A stretch of DNA of 63,706 nt, the filler included, from Globobulimina sp. (Eukaryota), in NCBI GenBank assembly GCA_003354225.1. It is 51 parts of 51 records of this genome, joined end to end, with 100 filler letters (N's around TTAATTAATTAA, not from the genome) between each part and the next. Parts side by side here need not be neighbours in the genome. Positions count along the whole stretch, not along the records: positions 22,531 to 23,681 come from PIVH01022245.1; positions 23,782 to 24,932 come from PIVH01022246.1; positions 25,033 to 26,183 come from PIVH01022247.1; positions 26,284 to 27,434 come from PIVH01022248.1; positions 27,535 to 28,685 come from PIVH01022249.1; positions 28,786 to 29,936 come from PIVH01022250.1; positions 30,037 to 31,187 come from PIVH01022251.1; positions 31,288 to 32,438 come from PIVH01022252.1; 43 more parts are not named here. One strand, 5' to 3'. Positions 22,531-35,623 of the stretch are shown here, in pieces. The position numbers and the translations under genes were made by a program. Position 1 is the stretch's first letter, and each line of letters starts with the position of its first letter. Under the pieces are notes generated by a model. It searched no databases. It was not told the origin of the DNA and was given only the letters and a program-made list of their open reading frames with translations.

Positions 22531-23138
22531 TGGCACTTTGTAATATCTCATCTCTCTCTGCTGACAATTATGATAATGTTAAAAATGTGATTGCCATAAA
22601 GAAAAATGGTTGGTCCACATTGCGGAATGCTTTTGAAGATGAACATGATTTAATTAATGCCGCCGTGTTAGAGACTTGGTGCAATTTATGTACTTCGTAT
22701 GATGTTTTAATTAATAAATTGTATAAAAACCGCGAGCTCGACATTCAAATTGTTACTTTATTTTTGCAGCATGATTTGCGGAGAGTGCAGAGAGCTGCGG
22801 TTAGCATCTTAGCTATGGCATCATCGCTGGTTTATGACTGTGGTGCAGATGACAGTGATTTGAGTAAGGATATTTGTAAAGAAATTGCTAAAAATGGTGG
22901 TGTTATATATTTACAGTGTTTATTAAATATAAGGCAGCAAACATTGATTGAAAGGTTTCATAATGAAAAGGATGAAAAGAAAGTACAAGGAAATAAAAAT
23001 TTGGATAAGGTCATATTGGAACGAGTACGTATTGTTATGGCTAATTTAGAAAAATATGGATATACTATGAGCAATATTGAACAACATGGAATGAGAAAAG
23101 ATGTGCTCAAAGACTTTAGGAAACATTTGAAAAAATAA
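22531..23138 (+). CDS. Armadillo-repeat-like protein, C-terminal part
   Basis: VIAIKKNGWSTL, VQRAAVSILAMA and EIAKNGGVIYLQCLL are ARM-like helices. Confidence 0.65.
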
Positions 23139-23310
23139 GAGGTTGCTTTAGAATAATTTGATTTAAACAGCTTATTTTAAACTAATCATGTTTTATATTC
23201 GTGATGTTATAGAATTTTGAGTCTGACTTCAGTTGCAAATCTGAAAACAGTATTTTTCTTTGACCATCACTAGTTTCGGGGAATCGTTCTCTGTGTTTTA
23301 ATATTACATT

Positions 23311-23646
23311 ATGGCTCAACAAATCCAACCAAACATGTTTAAAGGGAAAGTATCATTGGGGACATCAATCATTGCGACAACATTTACAGGAGGAGTTGTA
23401 ATGGCAGCAGACACACGAACATCTGCAGGACCATACGTCGTAAATCGCCACACAGATAAAGTTAAAAGATTAACAGATAATATCTATGTTTGTGAATCCG
23501 GCTCAGCAGCAGACACAGAAGCAATTGCAGATTATGTGTCATATTATTTAGCTCATCAACAGATGGAAATAGATGAAGCACCGAGAGTTAAAACCGCAGC
23601 AAAATTAGTGTCTGGATTTATTTATCCAAATAAGGATTATTTATAG
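23311..23646 (+). CDS. PSMB6: 20S proteasome subunit beta-1, truncated
   Basis: VSLG|TSIIATTFTGGVVMAADTRTSAGPYVVNRHTDK...GSAADT. Confidence 0.93.
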   Translation: MAQQIQPNMFKGKVSLGTSIIATTFTGGVVMAADTRTSAGPYVVNRHTDKVKRLTDNIYVCESGSAADTEAIADYVSYYLAHQQMEIDEAPRVKTAAKLVSGFIYPNKDYL

Positions 23647-23974
23647 AAACATAAGCTCCATTATCGAGATTTATATAATAANNNNNNNNNNNNNNNNNNN
23701 NNNNNNNNNNNNNNNNNNNNNNNNNTTAATTAATTAANNNNNNNNNNNNNNNNNNNNNNNNNNNNNNNNNNNNNNNNNNNNTAACAATGATGTGTAAAAT
23801 TTATGGAAAATTCCAACACATGGTAAAGAGGAGCGTATCAAGATAATCAATTTTGTTCCAAAAAAAAAATAAATTCGGCACTAAACCCACCATAAAACAT
23901 TCTTTATAAATTCAAATTAACTGATCATGAATTACAATAACAAAACAAATTAAATATGTAAACTATCATCAATA

Positions 23975-24932
23975 TTATGTCACATTATTCAACCTTGCAG
24001 GTAGTAAGCAACTTACATCAATTCCTACATCAACGTATTTATTTGGTAAACCTTTCCCAACCGCCAAATATGACACAATCTCCGAGTACGAGGGAGATAA
24101 TTGAACTCCATAACTGCCCAAAGCAGCACACCAAATAAACGAGGCATCATCCATTGATGGCCCAATTACAATATTGTTATCATACTGTGTCGAGCTTCGA
24201 TTTCCTGCTGTTTTTGATGCCACTTTCTTCACTTTTAATGATGTATATTTTGCAATTTTATGTAAAACTACCTGCATTTCATCATGCCTTATATCACAAA
24301 CTGTAGTCTTATCGCATGCACAATCATTATATAAAAACACTCCATTTCCCCCTTGAAAACAACTGTAAAATACTTCGCCAATATTTGGTGATATCCAGCC
24401 TAACCACGGTGTCTGTTGTTCAGTGTCTGTTTGCATGGCTGCAGCTGCTGGGTTTTCGTATGTAAATACAATGATATTCCTTTTCTCCACCACTAATCCA
24501 AGAGGTGTTATTCCGGCTTTTATTGCAGTTTCATCACACCATTCACCTGTACAATTCACTAATATCCCTGCTTCAAATCTATCGATAGTATTTGTCTCCG
24601 CATTATAGCTCATTATCTCCCAATTTCCTGCGTTATTCTTGCTAATTTCCACTGCGCTTTGATTAAAATAATATTCCACTCCAACTGCATTGCCTCCAAC
24701 AAGAAAGTGTTCATACACCAGTCTGTATATTCAATTTGTTATGCATTCAAATGTCAATAACCTGAATAACGTACGTATGTGTCGTTAATGGTGGAAACAA
24801 AAAAATGAATAAAATACGGTAATACATTTTCATTGCATCCCATCCAAAATGTTTGCAGATATTTTTATTAATACATCTACAAAAATGTCATATTACTGCA
24901 TTGTATTTGCTATTTAATTGAACGCATTTTAT
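23975..24932 (-). CDS. FAD-dependent oxidoreductase (DAO/sarcosine oxidase-like), partial; main exon 23975-24718
   Basis: FEAGILVNCTGEWCDE; DNNIVIGP...FIWCAALGSYGVQLSP. Confidence 0.8.
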
Positions 24933-26283
24933 NNNNNNNNNNNNNNNNNNNNNNNNNNNNNNNNNNNNNNNNNNNNTTAATTAATTAANNNNNNNNNNNN
25001 NNNNNNNNNNNNNNNNNNNNNNNNNNNNNNNNTAAATATATTTTAAATGCGTGTATCAATTGGAAAACAAATATTACATTTATTAATGGCATATTACGGT
25101 GGATAATATAATTTGGTATATCATGTTATCATGTTATCATTAGACTAATGTCAACTAAGTTCGGAGCCTCAAAAGTGATAAAACTTTCTTTATTTAGTAC
25201 CGAATGGCTTTAGCTGGATGCGTTCTAAAAAGTGATTCACGTCCCTTTGGAACATCTATCAAGATATACATATCCAAAAATTATTATACTCATAAATTGT
25301 ATAACACAGCATAATATATATATATATCCTTGCATGTTATATAACTGTTTGATTGGTATTTCATGAAAAATGAATATGTTTTTTTTATATAAAAAATACA
25401 GAGCATACAAACACATACAACAGAAACCCAAACAAAAATACATAATAATAAAATGTAATTATACAATGATAAAATGGACCTAAATCTTCTTAAAATATGC
25501 AATTCTATGATGATAGTTTTGGTTGTGATTAGTCATTATATGGCTTTAAAATGTGTGGAGTGTGTGGTATTTGGCGCATTGTATGTGATTCAACTAATTT
25601 TTGAGTATGTGATAAATATGGCGTATGTATGGATTGCGTGGATGGAAAGTTACTGTTTATGTTGGCCATTCTTTGTTGTTGTTTTTTTTCATTATAGATT
25701 ATGTTTTTGTTGTTGTTGTTGTTGTTGTTTATGTTGACAATGGATAACAAATCGCATAGTTTCTTGTTTGAATTCATTATTTTGCCTTATTACCTCCTGA
25801 CTATTGATAATATAATATTTCTGTTGCGATTAAAATAGGTTTTCGTCTCGGATTTGAGAGCGTTATATATATAATCTAATTATCTGAGACTATCGATTTC
25901 TGGGAATAAATATGTATGTATGATACTAATAATTTCTGGTGTTTGAATTGCCTCTCTTGTAAATTGTTCAATGACGTTATACGTATTTACTGTATACGTC
26001 TCTTTTTCTGACCCTCGTTGTGGTCCGATAAAATATGGATAAAATTGAGTAATGAAATTGGAATAATTCAACTGGACAGTATGTATATACCGTGGTGAGT
26101 CAAATACCACGTCGGCGAAGATGACTAATATTAATAAATAAAAATATGTAAATGTTTCACGAAAGGCTAATAGCCTTTGATCCNNNNNNNNNNNNNNNNN
26201 NNNNNNNNNNNNNNNNNNNNNNNNNNNTTAATTAATTAANNNNNNNNNNNNNNNNNNNNNNNNNNNNNNNNNNNNNNNNNNNN

Positions 26284-26689
26284 TAATATCAAAATTAAAT
26301 TCATACACAAAGCGTCATTCTTTTTTGGATTTATTACCTCGACAATAGAAGAATCAATAAAAGATTGGGCATATTCAATTGCAAGAGGTGCCAACAAAGC
26401 ACATTCCGTTGGAATTCTAGTAAATTCATATTTTAATTATTTTAAACTTTGTGAACCAACAAATGAATATTTAGGATTGGAATATAGGGCGCCGAGTCAG
26501 TTTAAAATAAATGATACGTTTATGTTATCATTTAATTTTATAGAAAACGAATTGTATATTTATCACAATAATGTCAAGATAAAACATAAAATATTATTGA
26601 ATGACTATGAAATGATAACTCCTGCATTCTCATTACGTGACATAAAGGCAGAAATAGAGATTATTGACTCCAAATATTTCTATAATTGA
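26284..26689 (+). CDS. SPRY/concanavalin-like domain protein, C-terminal part
   Basis: Frame open from the contig start: FFFGFIT...FKINDTFMLSFNF..NELYIYHN...ITPAFSL. Confidence 0.65.
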
Positions 26690-26841
26690 TTTCTTAAAGT
26701 TTAGAAGAGTTTAAAATAGAGCAAATAATTCAAATTATTTGAATGATAAAGGTCTGAAGACTCAGATCGAATCATATTTGCGCACTCAGATCAAACCCGA
26801 ACACAGTTCGATCAACAAATCCTACATCCACAAGTTTACAA

Positions 26842-27434
26842 TTATAACATATGTTGATTTGTGGAGTTGGTGTTTCTTTGTGCATCTTGTTGTTGATATT
26901 TTGAAATCGCAGACATAATACAAACCATTATAATAACATCAACACCTTCAGCGACTTGCAAACCATATGATGAACTTAATACACCTGTTTGAACAAAATG
27001 TCTTGAGCTTTTGGCAACAATTTGATTGCGTACATTGCGAATTACAAAAGCATAATCATAAAATGTGCCATCAACAATGTAAATTAACCTGCCATCTACA
27101 CCATTCACCAGATCCTCTGTAAATAGTTGCAATAACATGGTTCGTCGCTGCATTAATTATTTGAAATTTAGTGTAATTAAATAATTGTGATTTACCATCT
27201 AATTTTGCGATGACAATTCCATTCATTGCACATATTTCAATCATTGCATTCCAACATAATACTTTGCCATTGATTTTTAAAATCGGTAATTTGGTGTATT
27301 CATCACGAATAATGCGATCACCGCCAGAAAATCCACCTTTGTATTTCATTTTAAATAACATTGTTGATTGGGATACAAAATTCGGATCTACACAAAGCGG
27401 AGCTGATTGTTGTGGTACAACTGATTGGTCCAAT
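26842..27434 (-). CDS. LURP-one-related (Tubby C-terminal-like) protein, frameshifted near 27110
   Basis: FSGGDRIIRD..ILKINGK; VDGTFYDYAFVIRN..QIVAK; SYGLQVAEGVD. Confidence 0.75.
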
Positions 27435-28785
27435 NNNNNNNNNNNNNNNNNNNNNNNNNNNNNNNNNNNNNNNNNNNNTTAATTAATTAANNNNNNNNNN
27501 NNNNNNNNNNNNNNNNNNNNNNNNNNNNNNNNNNATATTTATTGTTATTAAATATAATATATTTTAATTGAATTGTATTTGATTTACACAGAAATCGCTC
27601 AAGTCAAGAAATGATATTTTAAATAATAATTTGTTTAACAATGGGCATTTATTTAAATAATTGAATGAACTAAAGATCGTTTCGAATTTCTTTTTGATCT
27701 CTTTTTTGCCGGTTTTGCATTTTTTGACTTTGCTTTGGTTCGTGGAGAGTCTTCATCTTCAAAGTCCGCGATAGTTCTTTTCTTTTCCTTTGCATCATTC
27801 CCTTTTTTGCGTTGTTCCAATAAGGTTCAAGAAGAAGGAGAAATGGCCATAAAATGGCTGGAAAATGGAATTTTGATGGAATTCCTTGTAATGGCATGAT
27901 TTACATCATTTGGATTTGCTTTGTATGCTGTTTTTGATCGATTTTCATATAAATATCATTGGTTTGGGCGATATTGAGCCATTTGAATTTTTCAGATTTT
28001 TCATGATTTTGCGAGATGTTATGCAAGGAAATTCTGTTACATATCGATTTGGCGCCAAAATTTTGAAAAAAAAATATTATTTATGGGAACTCCATATATT
28101 GGTTCATATTATCACAGAATATCATTGGATTCTGCCTAATAATAATGGAATAGCATTGGAATCGAATTTGGCAAATTCTGCTTCATTTTCAATCTCAGAT
28201 ATAGTATTTTGCATCATGTCAAGCCAAAAAATTTGACATTTCAACATCATATATCTACGCAAATACTTGGAGTTTTAATTTTTCGTTTTTTGAGTCAGAA
28301 AGAACGCAAAAATGTTTTTTAAGTCCAGTAAAACAAAAATGTATTGGAAATATTTTTTTTGGCAGTTTGCAGGTCTTGATTTCACCGGTCAGCAATAGTG
28401 ATTTAATGCGTTAATCATAATTCCGTACATTAATCATATATATAAATAGTGTATTTTTTACTGTTTTTTCTTCATAGTTTGACAAAAACTAGTGTATTTT
28501 TTTTGCTTTATTTCCAGAAAAAAAGCATAATTGTAGAGCCTGTTTACTTGATCAATTTATTGCCCCCTTATGCGTTCTGAAATATAATTGATTTTATCCC
28601 TTTGGGAGAGTCAAGTGTTCGCTTTTTTAGGCAGAGAGTATCAATTTTATCCCTTTGGGAGAATTTGAGCGCCAAAACTAAAACANNNNNNNNNNNNNNN
28701 NNNNNNNNNNNNNNNNNNNNNNNNNNNNNTTAATTAATTAANNNNNNNNNNNNNNNNNNNNNNNNNNNNNNNNNNNNNNNNNNNN

Positions 28786-29936
28786 CAATCGGTACATATT
28801 TATTGGATGTAATTCACCGAATACATTACAACGATTAAGTTTGGCCAACGTAAAGAGAAAAAGTTATAGATCCATAAATGTACAAAAGTTCCCATCAATA
28901 AAACAACTTAGAATCAAACTTCCCAGTTTTCGCGCATTTAAATTGCCATTAAACGACTTAAAAGAATTAAGTTTATTTGGCAGCAAATTATTTTCGATTT
29001 ATATTGAATTGGAACCATTTATGACACGAAATATCCGCAATATCCACAACATAACGACGTACTTTGAATTGCGTTTTTTTTGGAGCTAAAGGAAGGAGAA
29101 ATTATTTATTAACACCAATACGATTATTATCCAAATTTCCGATGATTCGATGTTTAAAAATGCAGAAATTCTACGCAGCATTCAGTGCGGACCAAATATC
29201 AACTGACAAACTACAACTTTTGTTTCCAAATTTAACCGCCTTTTCATGGAATGGCGGTGTTGTCAATTTTGCCAGAAATATTGTTAACGCACTTGGCCAT
29301 AATTTGCGTGCCTTATCTCTGGCATCCCTCTCTTTTGAGGCAATGGCATCGCGTATAAATTTCCATAAATTGGAGGAGCTCATCATAGATAAGGTAGAAT
29401 TTGAAACGGTGGGAAATATTTTAAAAACAGCAGTGAATTTAAAGAAAATACGTCTCCGTTATGGACACGCAAAGAAAGAATTAAATCCTTTAAATGGAAT
29501 TGTTTGCAATGTATTATTACATAAATCATCATTGGAATATTTGAGTGTTAGTATGAAAGTGCAATATTTTGACATGATATGTGATGCACTGTGGAAAGGT
29601 TTGAGTGTAACACAAGATTTGGAAAGAAAATGCATGAAATTGCATCTGAGGGTTCTTTGTTTGAATTCGGACGATATCACAACAATTGTTTTAATTCGGA
29701 CGATATTTTAGATGTATTAATTCGAAGTAATATCAAAGATTTTATGTTTGAAATACATATAAAAATTGTAGGTGAAGTAAAATTAAGTGCTGACACCATT
29801 GCTAACGCAGTCAAGAAAGCAAAACCTAATGTTTTACCGACAAAATCATTAAAATGTACCGTTTTTGACAATAGGTTAATTATTGCAAATCGCCATTGTA
29901 AGATTTGTGGGTTTAGAGAATCGTGGTTGGCTCCAC
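28786..29936 (+). pseudogene. LRR/RNI-like protein split by two frameshifts (about 29075 and 29700)
   Basis: FPSIKQLRI, FPMIRCLKM, FPNLTAFSW, LEELII and LKKIRL repeats over three overlapping frames. Confidence 0.6.
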
Positions 29937-30036
29937 NNNNNNNNNNNNNNNNNNNNNNNNNNNNNNNNNNNNNNNNNNNNTTAATTAATTAANNNNNNNN
30001 NNNNNNNNNNNNNNNNNNNNNNNNNNNNNNNNNNNN

Positions 30037-31187
30037 GCATTGCGATGCAGATTAAATTGCGAGTCGACCAATCAATGGCTATTAGTGTTGGAAAAATATA
30101 ATTATTTGACACAAAATGTTGAAAATTATGTAATTCCATCAATTAAGAAATTCATATCATTTATAGGCGGAATTAATGATCGAACAACACCAAAACATCA
30201 TATTTTATTTGCATTAGTTTTAGAGAAAATATTTCATTGCACCCAATTTCAAATAGAAAATATGAATGAAAGCAACATTCCACAATATCCAAATATTAAT
30301 GACATTAAAATATTATACAACAATTTGAAGAAAGCAAAGGGAGAGTTAAATAAAGCAATGTGGCATTGGCATGATCACTTTTATGTTATTGATGCACAGA
30401 TTGAAAAGGACATATCTGTCGCATTGCAAATTTATTCAGATTTCACCGAAAATCCATTAATTAAACAGAATACAAAGAATTTCCGCCATTTCATGACCAA
30501 AATACTCGCTTTAATCCGAACTACAAATTTTTGCCGCAGAAGAATACAATGCATGCAACCAAACTTATTGCCGGATTTTGCAATGCTTGAAATGAGTGCA
30601 ACTGACACCTTATTGGCATCATTTATAAAATGGAGTGAATTTGTGTGTCAATATCCGAAATATAGCAAGGAAGAATGGATGGAATTAAGTAAAGAATTTG
30701 TAAAATATCAAAGTATAAATAAAAATAGAATGGGCGATATGTTGCATGAATGTTCCAATATTATCAATGAGGTAAAAAAAGATGGCAATGCATTTATTGA
30801 GGACGAATTGCCGGAAGTTGAGAGATTAATAAGTTCGCAGATTATGATTAAAGATAATATTTTAATCTATGATTTATTAAAAGTAGTTCAAAAGGGCGCC
30901 TTTGAAGCGTTGATTCCAACAACAATTCCATTGACTTTATCTGATGCCATCGAGAAACATCGAATGAAATTGTATACGTATCAAAGGAAAGAAAATATAA
31001 ATACTATAAATATGGAGCAAAAAATGGCTGTTTATATGCAAAATATTGCACATAAAATACCTGCGTTTGCTGTATTGTTAAATCAAGGATTCATATTTAT
31101 TTTTGAGGATACATCGATGGAGAGAGCATTGCTGACTATTCAAGTGCCACTGATACATAATATACATGTCACTGACAGAGATGTGCA
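30037..31187 (+). CDS. Hypothetical helical protein, internal fragment
   Basis: Uninterrupted frame across the whole contig. Confidence 0.75.
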
Positions 31188-31287
31188 NNNNNNNNNNNNN
31201 NNNNNNNNNNNNNNNNNNNNNNNNNNNNNNNTTAATTAATTAANNNNNNNNNNNNNNNNNNNNNNNNNNNNNNNNNNNNNNNNNNNN

Positions 31288-31803
31288 AACTCTTTGCAAA
31301 ATGTATATTACAAATCCAAATGAAATGGAACAAAATATTTCCCAAATTGCATAACAAACGGATTCAAGATATAAATTGTCAAAAAAAGCACAAATTGTTC
31401 CAGCAAAATCTAGGCTGCAACCAATAAACCAAAACCCCAGTGCTAATCTGATATGTTTGTGTCGGATTTGCTTCCCATCTTTGAGTGAATAATGTGGTGT
31501 CGCCAAAATTATATATGATTCTCCGAATTTCAATGCCATCACAATGATAGTCAAAGTACTTAGTGTCAGCCATAATATTCGTGATATTTTATGCATTGCG
31601 TATATGTCTAACCAATATCCAGCAAAACATGATAATTGTAATGCTGTAGCTAGCACTAGCATTGATCTTGTACTTTTTAGATACTTTGGATGCAATGCAT
31701 ATGTTTCACGATAGATACTGTATAGACTTGCAATAAATATGTCCGTTGATATGAACATCAACATAGAAAATATGATTGTATCCAGTAGAAATACGTCGAG
31801 CAT
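31288..31803 (-). CDS. Multi-pass membrane protein, paralog of 3787-4908, 3' truncated
   Basis: YSIYRETYALHPKYL vs YSIYRESYADDPDYL; MALKFGESYIIL vs MALKFTESYILL. Confidence 0.8.
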
Positions 31804-31857
31804 TGTTATATTCTGAAAAAGATTTAATAAAAACATTTTATTAATCAAGTAACAACC

Positions 31858-32170
31858 ATGCTGCCTTTTTGTTTTTTTCTGTTTGTTGCATTGTATGCAA
31901 AAGACATTCATCCAACGTATTACATTGCTGATGAAGCGACATTGCATTTTGATTTGCAAAATACCCATAAACTCACAACTGTTTCTGAATGGAGTACTGC
32001 TGTGCCATTTTGGCCAATGTATCCCGTGCGATCAGTGCAAGTATTGGATGGTAATTGGTATTTTGGATATGGCGGTAATAAATGGAATGTGACAAACAAA
32101 ATACTTCCAACCGAGTTTGCGGCTCTCACACCAAACATCACCTATGTTCCATCATGTTTTGATGCGAAGA
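31858..32170 (+). CDS. Secreted glycoside hydrolase family 2-like N-terminus, interrupted by a probable chimera junction
   Basis: Signal peptide; RSVQVLDGNWYF...VPSCFD resembles the start of the GH2 sugar-binding domain. Confidence 0.55.
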
Positions 32171-32631
32171 TGCCAGAGTTCATCGTAACAAAGTTTCTCG
32201 TCTTCGGTTATGTTTTTAGTTGGGTTCTCAGCTTATTATTTATAGGCATGATATGAAGTTACTATTCAGAAGTTTTATCGTTATGTGTTTCGCTTGCTAT
32301 TGCGTTAACGCCACCACATTGCAGTCGCGATCAGTTGCTAGCGCGCCAAGGCTCAATGCTGCAGACAACTTTCAGGCACTGATGAAAAGCGTTGGCAAAC
32401 TAGCTATTTTTATCCGCGTCAATCAGGCGGTTTATGAANNNNNNNNNNNNNNNNNNNNNNNNNNNNNNNNNNNNNNNNNNNNTTAATTAATTAANNNNNN
32501 NNNNNNNNNNNNNNNNNNNNNNNNNNNNNNNNNNNNNNTTGTTGGTATTTGATGGCTGGTTATTACCACCAAATACATTTTAATTATTTAAATCCAAACA
32601 ATATCGTCTCTGTTTTTAATTGCTTGGTTTG

Positions 32632-32716
32632 GGATCGCTTCAGGATTTGAACCTGAATCTACTGGATATATCCATCCATTCCTGGCATTACAGTGCTCTT
32701 CTTGAGCTAAGCGATA
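32632..32716 (-). pseudogene. tRNA-like element, copy 2 of the dispersed repeat (about 32539-32746)
   Basis: Near-identical to 19505-19580; retains CTGTAA (GTA anticodon) followed by an intron-like insert. Confidence 0.75.
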
Positions 32717-32805
32717 TTAATGTGAATCTATGAACAGAGTTATTGTTTTTTTTCAAAAACTCTATAGGAAAACTAGCTTATAATTAACTTAACTTAACTT
32801 CAACA

Positions 32806-33689
32806 ATGTCACGGTATCGTTTGCTGTCTCGTATGGCGGAAGAATTCAAACACAATGTTACCCCATCCATTACAAAATGTTGCTCCTACATTAATTGCAT
32901 GACTTGCATCAATAAAACAAAAGAGTAGGTTCGTGTGGTTGATATAAGTCCAACTCAATGGTTATTAAATAACTATCATCCATCACTATCAACAAACAGT
33001 AACGCAATTGGACCCACATATTTTAATACAATCAATTCATACATAACCGACGGCAATGAGTCAATCATTGAACCTCAATTAAAGTCGCATGAATATCATA
33101 CTGCATTGGGATGTAACACATTGCGCACATTTACGGAGTATATAACACCATCAATGATTGATAACAATGAGCCACAAACATTACAAAACATCCTTAAATC
33201 TTGCATATACACTGCATATCATACATTTGATAAAAAAGCAATGACATTTGAGGGTCTATTTGGTGGCATAAAACCTGTGGAAATTGCAGCAAATATCGGA
33301 CCTCTATTAAATAACAACAATGCAATGGATAGAGATATATTATACAATGAATATAAACAAATATTGGACATTTTAGCGCCTTGTTTTGATATTTTATGGA
33401 TCCAAAATATAAATAATTTATTAGCATTACAGGTTATTATGGATATTGCTAAAATATATAAAGATGAGGAACAAATATGGATAAATGTCAATTCATTGTT
33501 ATTGGAAAATGGAGGGCATGCATTATTTGATTGTTTTATGGAATATAATCCAGGCTCAATTATTGTGGTTGGCAGTGAGTGGAAGGAAATCAATACAAAC
33601 TTGGTTTTAGTGAAGGAATACACGGCAATTGAAGGTGGGACTAAGTTTGGTGTGATTGTGGATAATCCTGTGCAATCACATTTTCCAAT
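32806..33689 (+). CDS. Divergent homocysteine S-methyltransferase-like protein; intron at 32857-32928; 3' truncated
   Basis: VRVVD, SHEYHTALGCNTLRTFT, VEIAANIGPL and QILDILAPCFDILWIQ follow HMT barrel motif order. Confidence 0.6.
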
Positions 33690-33789
33690 NNNNNNNNNNN
33701 NNNNNNNNNNNNNNNNNNNNNNNNNNNNNNNNNTTAATTAATTAANNNNNNNNNNNNNNNNNNNNNNNNNNNNNNNNNNNNNNNNNNNN

Positions 33790-34940
33790 GCCCGCGATCG
33801 TTCATTGTCGTCGATCAGCAAGAAAAGAAACTCCAGAAATGTAGAAACAAAAACCTATGATCAGGTCATAAGAGACCCGATATTTATTTACAAAAATCAA
33901 ACGTTCAATGCCTCAGACACATTCATACAGATTGGATATAAAAGAGATTTGGACAAAATTGACTATGAAGATATAATTCCAAATAAAGAGTGTAAAAACA
34001 AACAACAAAATACAACAAAAACGCCATTTATTGTGATTTTGAGTTGCACAAAAAAGGAAAACGACCCGTTTCAAATGCTGAGGTTTGTTTAGTGTGTTTT
34101 TGTGATTTTGAACCGCATTTTTTTGAAAAACCTTACCTGCACAGTCCAAAATCGCCAGACTTGCCACCGGTGAATGGCCACTCTCGAAGTAAGACACACA
34201 ATGACATATCAACCACATCCAATTTTATTGGATTTAATGCCTTATCTTCTGTGTTAAACTTGCAACGAGCCAACAAATCGCGGTACAAAGACCTGAAGAA
34301 ATGTGTAGAAAATCTGGGTTACACTCTATCTTTAGGTGTCACTAAACCACAATTGATATGTTATGTGAATAAATCTATCGACCAGCTAAGAACAGCAAGA
34401 ATGGCAAGCACGCCATGCGCCGCATACATCGATATCGATGTTGATGACAATCATTTAAATCCGAACAAGAAACCAAGACGGAAAAGGTCCCGGTCGTGGG
34501 GTGGATTGCCGCCGCCTGACATGCAAACGCATCGACGTCGCTATAAAAACGGCAAAAAGAAGGAAAAAAAAATAAAAAAAACACACAAACGATATAACCA
34601 ATCCGTGCCAGACATGAAGTGCGATATGATTTGTTTGGAATTATCAGCTACAAATCCGACCAAATTAGAATTTAATGCACCAAAACCATTCACAACGATT
34701 GAATCCAAATTTAGCCGCATTTTACGGAATTCGATAAGCAAAAAAAAGAATAGTTTGCTACATAAGGAGAGTTACAGTGACGTTGAGGGCGATGCTGAAG
34801 ATAAATATGTTAAGAAAACCTCCTCATTGCAGAGTCTCAAGAGTCTGATACAACGCAAATTGTCATTTAGCGACAAAGAGAGTAAGACTGAGAGTGACGA
34901 TGGCAGTGAGAATGAGGTGTCGTATACGAATGAGTTGCAA
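33790..34940 (+). CDS. Basic low-complexity hypothetical protein, partial
   Basis: Long ORF 34044-34940 plus upstream ORF 33805-34092. Confidence 0.5.
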
Positions 34941-35040
34941 NNNNNNNNNNNNNNNNNNNNNNNNNNNNNNNNNNNNNNNNNNNNTTAATTAATTAANNNN
35001 NNNNNNNNNNNNNNNNNNNNNNNNNNNNNNNNNNNNNNNN

Positions 35041-35623
35041 TCATGTTTCCAATAAGTCAAATCTATCTTGCTAAGTCTATAATATCCCAAAACCAGACAA
35101 AGTCAAAGAAATCATAAATCACAATTGGAAGATAAAGTATAATAATATCGTCGAAAATGCAGGGTCTCTGGTGCATTATCGTGATAAATTGAACCCAAAA
35201 ATAAACCAAAAATTGAAACTTCACACTGGAGGAGATTTCTGGCTAAAAATAAAATCAGGTTGTTTACTGAGAAATGATAGAGCGAGCAGACCGTGTACAA
35301 GATGTAATAAAAATGAACTAGAAACTGCTGAACATTTAATGTGGGAATGTGAACAAAATATTTACTTAACGGATTATGAAAATAATATACATAAACTATG
35401 GTTCCTCCTTCCAGATAATATACATGGACACATTAAACCTGACTATAACACATGTACCGATACAGAAAGATTACAGTACCTAAAATTGTCTACCGATTAC
35501 ATCCTTAGTGATGACGCATCTGGTCTAATAATAAATATTACCGGAAACATAATTAAAGACTCATACAAGAACAGACCAGAAACTATAGAATACCAAGCAC
35601 AATACAATATTAAATATAAATGA
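35041..35623 (+). mobile_element. 3' end of a non-LTR retrotransposon (LINE) ORF2 with zf-RVT-like zinc knuckle; degenerate
   Basis: LKLHTG...PCTRCNKNELETAEHLMWEC; in-frame TAA near 35072. Confidence 0.75.

Noticed and set aside
25033..26183. Short ORFs with poly-Cys or poly-Asn
   Set aside because: Products of a (TTG)n microsatellite and AT-rich sequence
27535..28685. Possible decayed gene on the minus strand and a 19-bp direct repeat (attttatccctttgggaga)
   Set aside because: Multiple stops and no recognisable family
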